The notes under the pieces are model-generated. The model was not told where the DNA came from. It did no database searches and was given only the letters and a program-made list of their open reading frames with translations. The translations under genes were made by a program, and so were the position numbers. DNA of 64,000 nt from a virus. Lineage: Duplodnaviria > Caudoviricetes. This document shows, piece after piece, positions 40,302 to 49,910 of this stretch. How positions within the stretch are numbered: the first letter of the stretch is position 1; each line of letters opens with the position of its first letter. Location: positions 32,001-96,000 of IMG/VR virus record IMGVR_UViG_3300026549_000030; one strand, given 5' to 3'.

Positions 40302-40456
40302 ACTAGTCTAATTTTGGAAACTATATATGTTGTCCCGGTTTAAATATATAGAAAAAAAAAATAAATCCCGAAGGTGCGAATGAACCTGCTGTATTTATTT
40401 TTGTAAAAAAAGGTATTTTTTATGCGCTCCAAAGTCTCATCCATATTTCAAATATA

Positions 40457-42121
40457 TTAAATTTTCATTTTATAAACTTTGGTTCCGCAGTCATATATTC
40501 TATATAGTCCATTCCGAAAACAAAACTCATGTTCTGTCTCCTCCTTATTACAGCCATATTTTGAAACAAGAATGTCTTTCCTGTAACAGAAACGGTTTTT
40601 CCTAATTCTTCCTTCTACATAGAAATAATTTGGTGGAGATACATGGTCAAGGGTAAATCCAAGCCTTTCGTATAAATTTCCATTTGACCATCTTCTGTCA
40701 GCGTATGTGATTATTTCTTTCGGGTTTACCTGTTCAATAAAGTGTCTTAAAAGTTTTGACGCCCCGCCTATTACCATATAATTTTCTTCGTTACAAAATC
40801 TTAGTAATTCATAAGCGCCTTCTTTACTTTTATATCCAAGATTTCTCCTAAGCGTGGAAAATGTCATTACACTTATTAACTTTCCTTTATACATAAGTCC
40901 GTAATTGAATTTTCCACCAACATATCCTTGAATGTGATTTCTTTCAATGAATTCTTTTGCCTCTTTTTTCGAAAGTTCTGCAATTTGGCATTTTCTTGCA
41001 TAAACCTTATTTTCAGTTATCCCTAGTATGTTTCTTATTCTTGACTTGCAGATTTCTTTCTTAAACATCCACTCATCCTCGAAAATGTGGATAAGATGTA
41101 TACCGCGTTTCTCACACTCTTCCGTTTTCCATAGGTGATAGTTCTTATCTCTTTTTCTCTCGTCATGCCAATGCAATCCGTCAAATTCTATTGCAACTCT
41201 TTTAGATGGAATATAAACATCGAGTTCATGCGTCAATAAAACATCCCTATCTTTCTTGATAATTTTATAGTTCGGCAGAAGTTCGGATATAAAAGCATAA
41301 ATTTCCTCTTCTCCATTGGAGATAATGTATCCGCACTTCTGACAACCATTTCCACTTAAATGATAAGTCGGTAATTGTTCAAAATCCCCATGCTTCCTGC
41401 AGGTTATCGTAATGGGCGTAAAACAATCTTTATAAACAACCTTTTCGTATGAATATAAATCTCCGTGTATTGCCCTCGCATCTTTAATGAACCGCTCGGT
41501 GCTCTTCGTTCTCGAGTTCGCTCTCTTAATTTTTCCGCATTCCGGGCATCCTTGCCCTCTTAGATGCTGATGCGGCGTCTGATAAAATTCACCATGTTTC
41601 GGGCAAATAATCTTTACTTTATCCCTTACCGTCTCATAAACTACACCTGAATAGTCATATTTATCTCCGTGAATTTCTCTTGCCTTCTTTATGAATTCTT
41701 CCTTGGGAAGCCTCTGTATCTTTCCGATGTACTCTTCTGCACAAAGTGAACATCCCTTTCCTGCTAAATGTGCATACGGAGCCTGCCAAAATTCTCCGTG
41801 CTTTGGACAAATAATACACACCTTTGTATATGAATCAACATATTCAACTTTTGAATAATCATATCTTTCCTCATGAATCTTTCTTGCTTTTTCAATGAAT
41901 GTCTCTGTGGTGTATTTTTTCTTCTCAGAACGAGATTCTATTCCACATTTAGGGCATCCCTGTCCCTTAAGGTGCTGATGCGGCGATTGAAAAAAAGAAC
42001 CGTGCTTTGGGCAAATTATTTCCATTGGCTCTATGAGTTTCGTATAAACAGACTTTGAATAATCATATTTATTTCCATGCACCTTTCGGGCTCTTTCTAT
42101 TATTTGTTCTAAATTATACAT
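40457..42121 (-). CDS. Free-standing Hef-like putative homing endonuclease with four DUF723-like repeats, 554 aa
   Basis: Four HG.KYDYS..ICPKHG.F.Q.P..HL.G.GC..C repeats; ELDVYIPSKRVAIEFDGLHWH; IHIFEDEW; C-terminal ARKC..ELLRFC..GGASKL..YADRRWSNG domain. Confidence 0.85.
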   Translation of the reverse strand: MYNLEQIIERARKVHGNKYDYSKSVYTKLIEPMEIICPKHGSFFQSPHQHLKGQGCPKCGIESRSEKKKYTTETFIEKARKIHEERYDYSKVEYVDSYTKVCIICPKHGEFWQAPYAHLAGKGCSLCAEEYIGKIQRLPKEEFIKKAREIHGDKYDYSGVVYETVRDKVKIICPKHGEFYQTPHQHLRGQGCPECGKIKRANSRTKSTERFIKDARAIHGDLYSYEKVVYKDCFTPITITCRKHGDFEQLPTYHLSGNGCQKCGYIISNGEEEIYAFISELLPNYKIIKKDRDVLLTHELDVYIPSKRVAIEFDGLHWHDERKRDKNYHLWKTEECEKRGIHLIHIFEDEWMFKKEICKSRIRNILGITENKVYARKCQIAELSKKEAKEFIERNHIQGYVGGKFNYGLMYKGKLISVMTFSTLRRNLGYKSKEGAYELLRFCNEENYMVIGGASKLLRHFIEQVNPKEIITYADRRWSNGNLYERLGFTLDHVSPPNYFYVEGRIRKNRFCYRKDILVSKYGCNKEETEHEFCFRNGLYRIYDCGTKVYKMKI

Positions 42122-42157
42122 AAAAATGGACTTTTAATTTCACTACAATAAATATAC

Positions 42158-42184
42158 AAAAACCCGCGAAAAAATCGCGGGTTT
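42158..42184 (-). terminator. Rho-independent terminator after the tail tube gene
   Basis: AAACCCGCGA-AAAAA-TCGCGGGTTT. Confidence 0.8.
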
Positions 42185-42206
42185 AAATAAAATATTTTGT
42201 TAAATT

Positions 42207-42695
42207 TTAGAAACAAAGAATAGCGTAATCTATTACGATTGTGGCTGTTATATCAGCAAGCGCGTCATCAGAATACTGAAGTGTACCGAAGTTTACCGTG
42301 CTAGGCCACGAATTTTTCAATACCCACTTCTGAGCACAAACTCCCGTAGGGTCGAGCATTTCAAGTTCAAGATCCCTCTTGTAGCCTGCCGCATAGCCCT
42401 GACGTCCTGTTACAGACTCTGAGACGAGACGAATCCACTCCATAATTGCCTGAGAAGCGCTCGGGGCGATAGGATCGCGGAATGTCATCTGTATTGTGTC
42501 CCAAGTGTAACGTCCTGCCACCCATGTTGAGGTGTTGAGGAAGTGAATCTCGGTACTGCCCTGTGTAATAGAAGGTCTATTTGCTGACTGAAGCATCCAC
42601 TCTGAAATACCTAAATCGCTAGGGAACCTAACAACCCATCTATTTTTACGCAATGGCTCGAATTGGAGCGGCATTTTGATTAGTAAATCATTCAT
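42207..42695 (-). CDS. Tail tube protein (T4 gp19-like), 162 aa
   Basis: EPLRKNRWVVRF..RPSI..VAGRYTWDTIQMTFRD..MEW..GYKRDLELEMLDPTG..KWVLKNSWP..FGTLQY. Confidence 0.88.
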   Translation of the reverse strand: MNDLLIKMPLQFEPLRKNRWVVRFPSDLGISEWMLQSANRPSITQGSTEIHFLNTSTWVAGRYTWDTIQMTFRDPIAPSASQAIMEWIRLVSESVTGRQGYAAGYKRDLELEMLDPTGVCAQKWVLKNSWPSTVNFGTLQYSDDALADITATIVIDYAILCF

Positions 42696-42793
42696 ATCCC
42701 GTATATCTTTATCTTATTCTTATTTCATTTTTATTATAAATACTTTAATAATGAAAAAATAGAAAAAAATAGCAAATAAGTATAACATTATAC

Positions 42794-42824
42794 AAAAAAC
42801 TCACCCTTCTTTCGGAAGAGTGAG
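42794..42824 (-). terminator. Rho-independent terminator after the TonB-dependent receptor
   Basis: Minus strand CTCACTCTTC-CGAAA-GAAGGGTGAG-TTTTTT. Confidence 0.85.
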
Positions 42825-42851
42825 CTAATTGTTTGATATTTTGCAACTAAA

Positions 42852-45800
42852 TTAGTTGAAAAGATATCTTAATCCGAACTGAACCTGCCAGCACTGTGAG
42901 TTATTCACAACATAGTCATAAGACTGTGAAATGTACTCGCCCGCAGAGTTCTTAGCAATTGAGAACGTAGGCTCTCCTGCTGCGTTAACACCCTCATACT
43001 TCATGAAACGAGTGTTGTTTGAGATATCGCTGTTCTTGTAAACACCCCAATTGGAATTGAAGATATTACCGACATTAAGAACGTCGATTGAGAATTGGAA
43101 GTTATGTTGCTGTTTTCCTGTCTTGAACTTAAAGTTGTGCGCCCAACGGAAGTCGAAGCGATTAACCCAAGGTGAACGAGCGGCATAAGCCTCTGCATAT
43201 TCTCCCTTATGCTTGCTGAGGTAGCTATCCTGAGCAACATAAGCGTCGTATGCTGCTGCATATTCTGTTGCATTGTCCTTCCACTTGATATCTGAACCGT
43301 GAGGATAGATATACATAAGATCGTTGTTGATTCCGTCACCATTCATATCATTGGTATAGCAATATGAGTTTCCATAAGGACTCAAGCCAGTGTAGAAGAG
43401 GCTGAATTCCATAAGGTCAGTCAAACCGCCATATTGGAAAGGAATTGAATAGTTCACAGAAGCGATAAGCTTGTGAGGAATGACGTAACGAGAACGCTGA
43501 ACGTCTGCAAAATTAGGACTGTCAACGGTGATTAAGCCCTGCCAAGTCGAAAGAGGGTCAGAACCGGGAAGTCCGGAAACCTCCTTAGACTCGGTGAAGG
43601 TATAAGCTGCCATAAGTCTCAAATCCTTAACGGGTTCGGCATTGAGGGTAATGTTTCCAATATATCCGTAGCCCTTATTGGTATTAGTGAGATATGGAGC
43701 GTTCTTACCTGCGTTGATATAACCCTTGTCTGCAGGATAGATAAGACGGTTGTCGGCACCAACAAAGCGATTCCATTCACCTGTGTTGTCCTTAATATTG
43801 ATATTGTCAACAACTACTCCGTAAACAGTCTTGTTGAAAATTCCCTCGACAGTAACATTGAACGGGAAACTGACAGGAACTGCCCAATCAAAAGCAAGAG
43901 AAGTCTTCCAAATCTGTGGCATATGGAAATTCTCGTCAACTCCTGACATTGTTGAACCTGCGCTGTGCTTATCATCGGAAATTTCGGTAGGAAGTCCGAG
44001 CTTGCTAACAATATCGCTAACGTTCGTAATCATACCGCCGTCAAAAGCGTGGAGCTTATCGTTCTTAGAAACAAGCTGTCCATTAGCCCACGTTGACTTA
44101 TACTGAACGGAATTCTGAACAAGTCCTGCGTTAGTGGGCATATTGGTAAAGTAAACGAGAGGAAGTCTGCCTTGGAACAAACCAGTGCCACCGCGTACCT
44201 TCAAAGTCTTGTCGCCGTAAACGTCCCATACGAAGCCAACGCGAGGGGAAACCTGAACGCGGTTGTTGGGCCACTTACCTGTATCAATTTTCTTTCCGTC
44301 ACGGAAGTCGTATGCATAAATAGCATTATTTCTTGCGATATCAGCGTTGCTGAAAATCAAGTCGTCAAGACGAATACCATAGGTGAGTTTGAAGAATTCG
44401 CCAAGGTTCCACTCGTCCTGTGCATAAAGTCCAATCTGATTGAAAGTAACCTGAGCATTAGGATTGAGATTACCGTTCCAACCATATGTAACGGCGAAAG
44501 ACTCAGGTGTTCCATTCAGAACGTCCGTAATCGTAGCCTCGTCAGTCCAAGCGTAGCGATAGTATCCTGCGCCGTTACGCATATAAGCGTTATTTGCGAA
44601 CTGATGCTCATAATTTGCACCAACAACAAGCTTGTGATTACCAAGAAGAAGGGTAACATCGTCCTTTACGGTCCAAACCTTGTTATGAACACCATTGTTC
44701 CAAGTAAAGAGCTCGTAACCGAGAGACATATAAGGCTGCCAGCTGCCGGAGGCGTCCTGCTTGATAATATCAACGTGAGGGAATGCGCTCGAATTTGAAC
44801 CACGAATGTCCTCAATGTTTGAATATGTCGCAAGGAACTGATTTGAAACATTATTACTGAATCTCGCATTGTAATCAACAGACCATGAAGACACGTTATT
44901 CTCCATAGAAAACATGTTGTTTGCGAATGCCATTGACTGATTACCAACACGATAAGTACCGTTAAGACGATAGCCAGTATCGGAAGAGTTTCCATTAGGA
45001 GTATTCCAAGCTACGTTCTGTGTCTGATTGTAACGAACTGCAAGGTGATGTCCGGGGGCAATATTCCAATCAATTCTTGCAAGAAGTTTCTTATTGGATT
45101 CGTCGCCCGGGAAACTTGTGTAAGAACCCGTATCATAGCCATATTTTTCCTTCATATATGACTGTACAGCAGCCAAATCTGACGCAAGTGTACGGGAAAC
45201 ATTACCCTTTGCATCTTCACCGCCATTGTTAGCACGGTACGTAATTACCTCACCAGGCTGCTTAGTCTGCTCGTAGTTAACGAAGAAGAAAACCTTATTC
45301 TTCACAATAGGACCACCAAGTGTGAAACCGTAAACAGTTCTCGACTCTGCAGCGCGTGCGCCAAGGTCAACGCCGTTAATCTTGTTGCCACGCGTGTCCT
45401 GATTCTTAAAATAGGTGTAAACGCTACCCTTGAACGTGTTTGTACCTGACTTGGTAATAGCATTGACGCCACCACCGATAAAATTAGTCTGTCTTACGTC
45501 AAATGGTGCAATAACAACCTGAACCTCCTCAATGGCGTCCAATGAAATTGGATTACCGCCGCCCGGAAGTGCATCTGAAAGTCCGAAATTGTTGTTGAAG
45601 TTAGCGCCGTCAACAGTGAAGTTGCTTGAACGTCCGTCACCTCCTGCGAAGCTCATTCCATTCGCATAAGGGGAATACTTTGCAACGTCCTCAATTCCTC
45701 TGTTGATCATCGGAAGACTTGTAATGTCTCTTGCCGTAACGTTGGTGGATGCACCTGTTTTTTCTGAATTAAACTTCGACGTTGAGGCAACTACAATAAC

Positions 45801-46157
45801 CTCGTCAAGTGTCTCGGAGGGCCAAAGAACCGCGTCCTGTGTGTAAGCCTCTCCAAGCTTGAGAGAAACGTCCTGAAATTTTACGGTATTGCAGCCGAGG
45901 AACGAAACTGAGATTTCGTATGGATAGCCCGGGCGAGCACCTTCAATTGTATAACGCCCATCTGAGTTAACGACTGCATGATACTGCGAGCCACTCGGTG
46001 TGTGAACCGCAACTACGACGGCTCCTGTGAGCGCGTCACCATTGTTATCAACGACTTTACCGTTGATACTGGATGTCGTAACCTGCGCATAGGCGCTGAT
46101 TGACACCATCATTGTAATCGCAATAAGCGAAAGTGTTTTAAATAGTTTTTTAATCAT
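42852..46157 (-). CDS. Oar-like TonB-dependent outer-membrane receptor, 1101 aa
   Basis: Signal peptide ending AYA-Q, carboxypeptidase-regulatory-like domain, plug (ISLDAIEEVQV..GGGVNAITKSGTN), barrel strands (GLYAQDEW, SPRVGF.WD), C-terminal QVQFGLRYLFN. Confidence 0.93.
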   Translation of the reverse strand: MIKKLFKTLSLIAITMMVSISAYAQVTTSSINGKVVDNNGDALTGAVVVAVHTPSGSQYHAVVNSDGRYTIEGARPGYPYEISVSFLGCNTVKFQDVSLKLGEAYTQDAVLWPSETLDEVIVVASTSKFNSEKTGASTNVTARDITSLPMINRGIEDVAKYSPYANGMSFAGGDGRSSNFTVDGANFNNNFGLSDALPGGGNPISLDAIEEVQVVIAPFDVRQTNFIGGGVNAITKSGTNTFKGSVYTYFKNQDTRGNKINGVDLGARAAESRTVYGFTLGGPIVKNKVFFFVNYEQTKQPGEVITYRANNGGEDAKGNVSRTLASDLAAVQSYMKEKYGYDTGSYTSFPGDESNKKLLARIDWNIAPGHHLAVRYNQTQNVAWNTPNGNSSDTGYRLNGTYRVGNQSMAFANNMFSMENNVSSWSVDYNARFSNNVSNQFLATYSNIEDIRGSNSSAFPHVDIIKQDASGSWQPYMSLGYELFTWNNGVHNKVWTVKDDVTLLLGNHKLVVGANYEHQFANNAYMRNGAGYYRYAWTDEATITDVLNGTPESFAVTYGWNGNLNPNAQVTFNQIGLYAQDEWNLGEFFKLTYGIRLDDLIFSNADIARNNAIYAYDFRDGKKIDTGKWPNNRVQVSPRVGFVWDVYGDKTLKVRGGTGLFQGRLPLVYFTNMPTNAGLVQNSVQYKSTWANGQLVSKNDKLHAFDGGMITNVSDIVSKLGLPTEISDDKHSAGSTMSGVDENFHMPQIWKTSLAFDWAVPVSFPFNVTVEGIFNKTVYGVVVDNINIKDNTGEWNRFVGADNRLIYPADKGYINAGKNAPYLTNTNKGYGYIGNITLNAEPVKDLRLMAAYTFTESKEVSGLPGSDPLSTWQGLITVDSPNFADVQRSRYVIPHKLIASVNYSIPFQYGGLTDLMEFSLFYTGLSPYGNSYCYTNDMNGDGINNDLMYIYPHGSDIKWKDNATEYAAAYDAYVAQDSYLSKHKGEYAEAYAARSPWVNRFDFRWAHNFKFKTGKQQHNFQFSIDVLNVGNIFNSNWGVYKNSDISNNTRFMKYEGVNAAGEPTFSIAKNSAGEYISQSYDYVVNNSQCWQVQFGLRYLFN

Positions 46158-46189
46158 ATTTTTAAAATTGGTTTAAAAAAGTATCGTGT

Positions 46190-46221
46190 CAAATATACGT
46201 ATTGTCCTAATAAAAAGCAAA
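46190..46221 (-). promoter_or_regulatory. Consensus Bacteroidetes primary-sigma promoter for the receptor gene
   Basis: Minus strand TTTG-N20-TATATTTG (-33/-7), about 32 nt upstream of the ATG. Confidence 0.75.
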
Positions 46222-46249
46222 AACCCGAACAGTAAACCTACTATTCGGG
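46219..46249 (-). terminator. Probable terminator after the recA-like gene
   Basis: CCCGAAcAGTA-AACC-TACTaTTCGGG with an adjacent A-run on the plus strand. Confidence 0.6.
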
Positions 46250-46256
46250 AATTTTC

Positions 46257-47408
46257 CTATTCGATTGGAACCACTTCCTGCGAAACCTTGCCAACCTCTG
46301 AGAATGTAATATCACTCTCGGTAATATTCTCATCCATTCCGCTCTTCATAGCAAGAATCTTCGGGAGTTCACTCTTCTTATAATCGTTAATATCGTTCTC
46401 GGTAATAATTCCGTTATGAACGCAACACATTGTACCGCTGTACGTTACGTTATAAGGAGTCGGAAGCTGATTCTTGTAAACAGAAATCTTGGTAACGGTG
46501 CCATACTCGGTTTCATTACCTTTTACAGTTGCTTTAAGTTTCTTGGTACCCTGCGTAGCAACACCACCAACATGGATACCAAGACGGCAACCGTACTTGA
46601 AAGCCTCACCACCGCTGTTTGCGATTGCGGTTGCGCCACCCATACTATTCTGACTGTCCTTCCAAATCTTGTTAATAGCAATCATACCATTGGTGTACGG
46701 TGTACCAACTTCCTTAGAAGCCGCAATTCTTGTAAAGATAGGCTTAAAGGTTGCGTTGATTGCACCAGCGTCGAACATATTGTTGCCGCTCTTACTTGTG
46801 TAAGATTTCCAAGACTGAATACTTCCGATTGAATCCCAAATGAAAAGAATTGGCATTGGAATATTGCCGTTATGCTGTTCGTCAAGGAATGTATTGATAA
46901 TATAACCAATATCTTCAATAACAGCCACGTCTCGCTTGTTCTTTGTCTTTTCACCCTTGGAATAATCCATATCGCCACAGAATTCGCACATTTTAGTAGG
47001 GGTAAAGAGAACATAATCTCCTTCCCAGTCAACGATTCCATATTCGCCTGTTTCAGGATCGTTTCCGTAAACGGGTTCGATATCCATTCCACAATCCTTT
47101 GCATATTGGAAATCGAAATTTCCCTCTGTCTCGAAAATAACAGGGAGAATACCCTGCTTCATAGCCGCAGCAATCGCGAGGTTCTTAAGCGTTGACTTAC
47201 CTGTGTTCGTCCAACCTCTTACTACACTCGTTCTTCCGAGAGGAAATCCGGGAAGTTTCGTTGCTTCCTGAAACGCCTTGGGCATAATAACCCATTCGAG
47301 TTCCTTATCGGCAACCTTTCCTACCTTTTCTCCGAGGAAATTTGCCTTAAAATCCTTCACGCTGAATGAAGGGACTTCTTTTTTCTTTAATGGTTGTTTA
47401 GCTGCCAT
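46257..47408 (-). CDS. RecA/UvsX-like recombinase, 383 aa
   Basis: GFPLGR..Walker A GWTNTGKST, ETEG, FIWDSIGS, IAINKIW, SGGEAF, VYKNQ. Confidence 0.88.
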   Translation of the reverse strand: MAAKQPLKKKEVPSFSVKDFKANFLGEKVGKVADKELEWVIMPKAFQEATKLPGFPLGRTSVVRGWTNTGKSTLKNLAIAAAMKQGILPVIFETEGNFDFQYAKDCGMDIEPVYGNDPETGEYGIVDWEGDYVLFTPTKMCEFCGDMDYSKGEKTKNKRDVAVIEDIGYIINTFLDEQHNGNIPMPILFIWDSIGSIQSWKSYTSKSGNNMFDAGAINATFKPIFTRIAASKEVGTPYTNGMIAINKIWKDSQNSMGGATAIANSGGEAFKYGCRLGIHVGGVATQGTKKLKATVKGNETEYGTVTKISVYKNQLPTPYNVTYSGTMCCVHNGIITENDINDYKKSELPKILAMKSGMDENITESDITFSEVGKVSQEVVPIE

Positions 47409-47458
47409 ATTTATTTCTTATTAAAATGTTAATTATTCTTCATTAAACCGCATCTGTA

Positions 47459-48058
47459 TTAGTCAATAATCTCATCAATGACACCGAGTTCAAGCGCGGT
47501 TTCAGCGTCCATGAACCAATCCTTTTTGCACTTGACTACTTCGTCGAGCATTTCTCTTGTAATTTTTGTTCTGGAAAGGATTATGTCATCTATTTTATCT
47601 CTCAGCCTCTTCCATTCTTCTGTAGATTCTTTTATGTCTTCCAATTTTCCGATTTTGAACCCCGAAATGTCGTGATAGAGATATGTTGAATTTTTGGAGC
47701 CGTACCGTTTTGTCCCTGCCTGCAGTGCGAATATTCCACAAGACATTGCTTTTCCGACTACTTTAATGTTGACAGTATATTTTCTTGTAAGGGACTTGAT
47801 TAAATCATAAATTGCAAGTCCATCATACACGACGCCGCCATAAGTGGAAAGATAAATGTTTATTTCAGGCAGTTTGAAATCAGACGCATATATTCCCGCG
47901 CTTTCTAAAATAGTCTTGTTATTCCTGATAATTTTTTCGTCTCTCTGTTTTATTTCACAGATATCCTTTTCCAATTTTTCAAGCGTACTTTCTTCAATAT
48001 CACCGGTGAAATAAATGTCATGGCTTTCATCGAAAAGACTTTTAATCGTTGTCTCCAT
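47459..48058 (-). CDS. ClpP-like serine protease, 199 aa
   Basis: IYLSTYGGVVYDGLAIYD, catalytic AMSCG, YLYHD, DWFMDAETALELGVIDEI. Confidence 0.9.
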   Translation of the reverse strand: METTIKSLFDESHDIYFTGDIEESTLEKLEKDICEIKQRDEKIIRNNKTILESAGIYASDFKLPEINIYLSTYGGVVYDGLAIYDLIKSLTRKYTVNIKVVGKAMSCGIFALQAGTKRYGSKNSTYLYHDISGFKIGKLEDIKESTEEWKRLRDKIDDIILSRTKITREMLDEVVKCKKDWFMDAETALELGVIDEIID

Positions 48059-48641
48059 TGTTTCCTTTGCTTTTTAAAAATTTCATTCTGCCATACTCCT
48101 TTCGGCTTACAGACTTGTAATTGTCTTCTGCTCCAACCTGTATCTGTTCGCCGCTTGTTACAATATTCCCGTTTTGATCAATCCTCGCATTGAAAATATT
48201 TTTATTTCCGTCCTCGCATTGGGATTTTATTTCTTCAAACGTGTCGGCGATTTCGAAAAGACGCCGGCTACCCGGAAACAGATGTGTCTGGAAATCTGTT
48301 CTAAGCCCATAACATATCACATTGATATCGAATTCATCGACGAGCAATGCTAACTCATCTACTTGTTTTTCCGTTAAAAACTGAGCCTCATCCACAAGAA
48401 GCCACTTAACATCAGTATTCGCCAAATCTATCTTTTCGAAAAAAGATTCTTCCGGAGTTATGGTGCAGCATTCCTTATCACCAAGTGGACGACTATGGAT
48501 AACACCCTTGTCACGCGTATCTACGCTACTCTTAAAAATAACGTATGGTATTCCGCGTTCCTCGAAATTATATGCTTTAGCGAGCAAGAGCATACTCTTG
48601 CCCGCATTCATGCACCCGTAGTTGAATATCAGCTTACACAT
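48042..48641 (-). CDS. tdk: Thymidine kinase
   Basis: YGCMNAGKS, VDEAQFL, CYGLRTDF..LFPGS; likely start MCKLIF at 48641. Confidence 0.93.
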   Translation of the reverse strand: MCKLIFNYGCMNAGKSMLLLAKAYNFEERGIPYVIFKSSVDTRDKGVIHSRPLGDKECCTITPEESFFEKIDLANTDVKWLLVDEAQFLTEKQVDELALLVDEFDINVICYGLRTDFQTHLFPGSRRLFEIADTFEEIKSQCEDGNKNIFNARIDQNGNIVTSGEQIQVGAEDNYKSVSRKEYGRMKFLKSKGNNGDND

Positions 48642-48642
48642 A

Positions 48643-49728
48643 TTAGAACGGTAACTCCTCTGTTTCATCTGGTTCCGTGTCATCCTCAGCAGCGGAAAGT
48701 GCCTTCTGCTTTGCAGCTTCGATAGCCTTATCAGCCCTCTTCTCAGCTTCTTGCTTCTGCTCTTCCCTCTTCTCTTGATCTTCTGAGTTCTTTATCTTTG
48801 GAATCCATTTCTTATTTTCCTTATCGTAGAACGGAACGCCACCATCAATAATGATTGACAGATAGTCGTAAGGCTTCGCAACGAATACATCGCTCCATAC
48901 CTTATCGTCGTTAATCCACTTGTCGATAAGTTCCGGGTCCGGTGAAAGCGGTTTATTCTTACCGTAGTCAACGATAGAAATGCTAGTCTTGTCGGTAGGA
49001 CGCCCTTCCTTATCGTAAACACGCGAAATCGTAACCTTTAAGTCGCGTCCATTCTCCACGTCAAGAATGTTCTCGGGTTCGAAGCCATCAGGAAGTTCTC
49101 CATTATTGTCAGCCTTGGCCTCATCGATACTTTCCTGCCACCTGTCCTTGAAGAGTTTTTTGATAAGGTTCTTCGGGTCCTTGAAGTCACTGCGGACTGT
49201 TACCTTCCAGAACTTAGGACCGTCGTCCTCCGCACCGCGCTCAATGCAACGCATAACGCAAACCTCTGAGGGCTTGTTTGCAAGTGAAATTTTCTTCCAC
49301 CTGTCAGCCTCGAGCCTACACTTACTTTCCTCTGAAAGCTCCCCTTTCTTCTTTGCTTCCTCTGCCTTGTTCGTCCACTCCTTCATATTTTCATATGCTA
49401 TGTGGTTGAGTTCGCAGAACGGGCACTTCTCGCCGAGAGTCTCGTGATCAATATCCTCAGTTCTGTTAAGACATACGTAAGACTTCCAAGGTGTCTTCGG
49501 AGAAACCTCGGGACTAACCTGCACGGTGTGCATCCATACTGTCTTGAATGGTGAATTTGAATCCTTGTCGATTGGGAGGAGGCGTATTCTTAGCTCTTTA
49601 GAATCCTGCCCTTTTGCAAGTTTAACGTTTAGATAGTTTTTTTCGCTAAAGGCATTTGTCTGCCTTGGCACTCTCGCTTCGTCTTCCAACGCGTCTGGAG
49701 AGATGTTTTGATGCTTGTAATCAGCCAT
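48643..49728 (-). CDS. Single-stranded DNA-binding protein (T4 gp32-like), 361 aa
   Basis: RIRLLP..H..C..CPFC Zn ligands, ILDVENGRDL, acidic C-terminal tail ending EELPF. Confidence 0.8.
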   Translation of the reverse strand: MADYKHQNISPDALEDEARVPRQTNAFSEKNYLNVKLAKGQDSKELRIRLLPIDKDSNSPFKTVWMHTVQVSPEVSPKTPWKSYVCLNRTEDIDHETLGEKCPFCELNHIAYENMKEWTNKAEEAKKKGELSEESKCRLEADRWKKISLANKPSEVCVMRCIERGAEDDGPKFWKVTVRSDFKDPKNLIKKLFKDRWQESIDEAKADNNGELPDGFEPENILDVENGRDLKVTISRVYDKEGRPTDKTSISIVDYGKNKPLSPDPELIDKWINDDKVWSDVFVAKPYDYLSIIIDGGVPFYDKENKKWIPKIKNSEDQEKREEQKQEAEKRADKAIEAAKQKALSAAEDDTEPDETEELPF

Positions 49729-49839
49729 AATAGTTATAAAATTTTGATAAGTTATTTTTAAATTTACCTACGTTCCAAATATACAAAATATATGCGAAAT
49801 TTTTATTATCGGTCAAATTTTTCATACTACTATAAATAC

Positions 49840-49868
49840 AAAAAGCAGCCCAATATCGGACTGCTTTT
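49840..49868 (-). terminator. Terminator closing the DGR transcription unit
   Basis: AAAAGCAG..CTGCTTTT inverted repeat. Confidence 0.65.
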
Positions 49869-49910
49869 CGCGAAATATTTTCATTTTCTTGGGAGCAATA
49901 TGAGGAATTG

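Noticed and set aside
40302-40456. Possible structured RNA upstream of the exonuclease
   Set aside because: Only a loose AT-rich imperfect hairpin and a poly-A run; insufficient support
25712-46157. Host chromosomal contamination or a prophage boundary (metK, nrdDG, receptor)
   Set aside because: These genes are interleaved with phage core genes and phage-type motifs, and no integrase or att site is seen; read-level confirmation is still advisable
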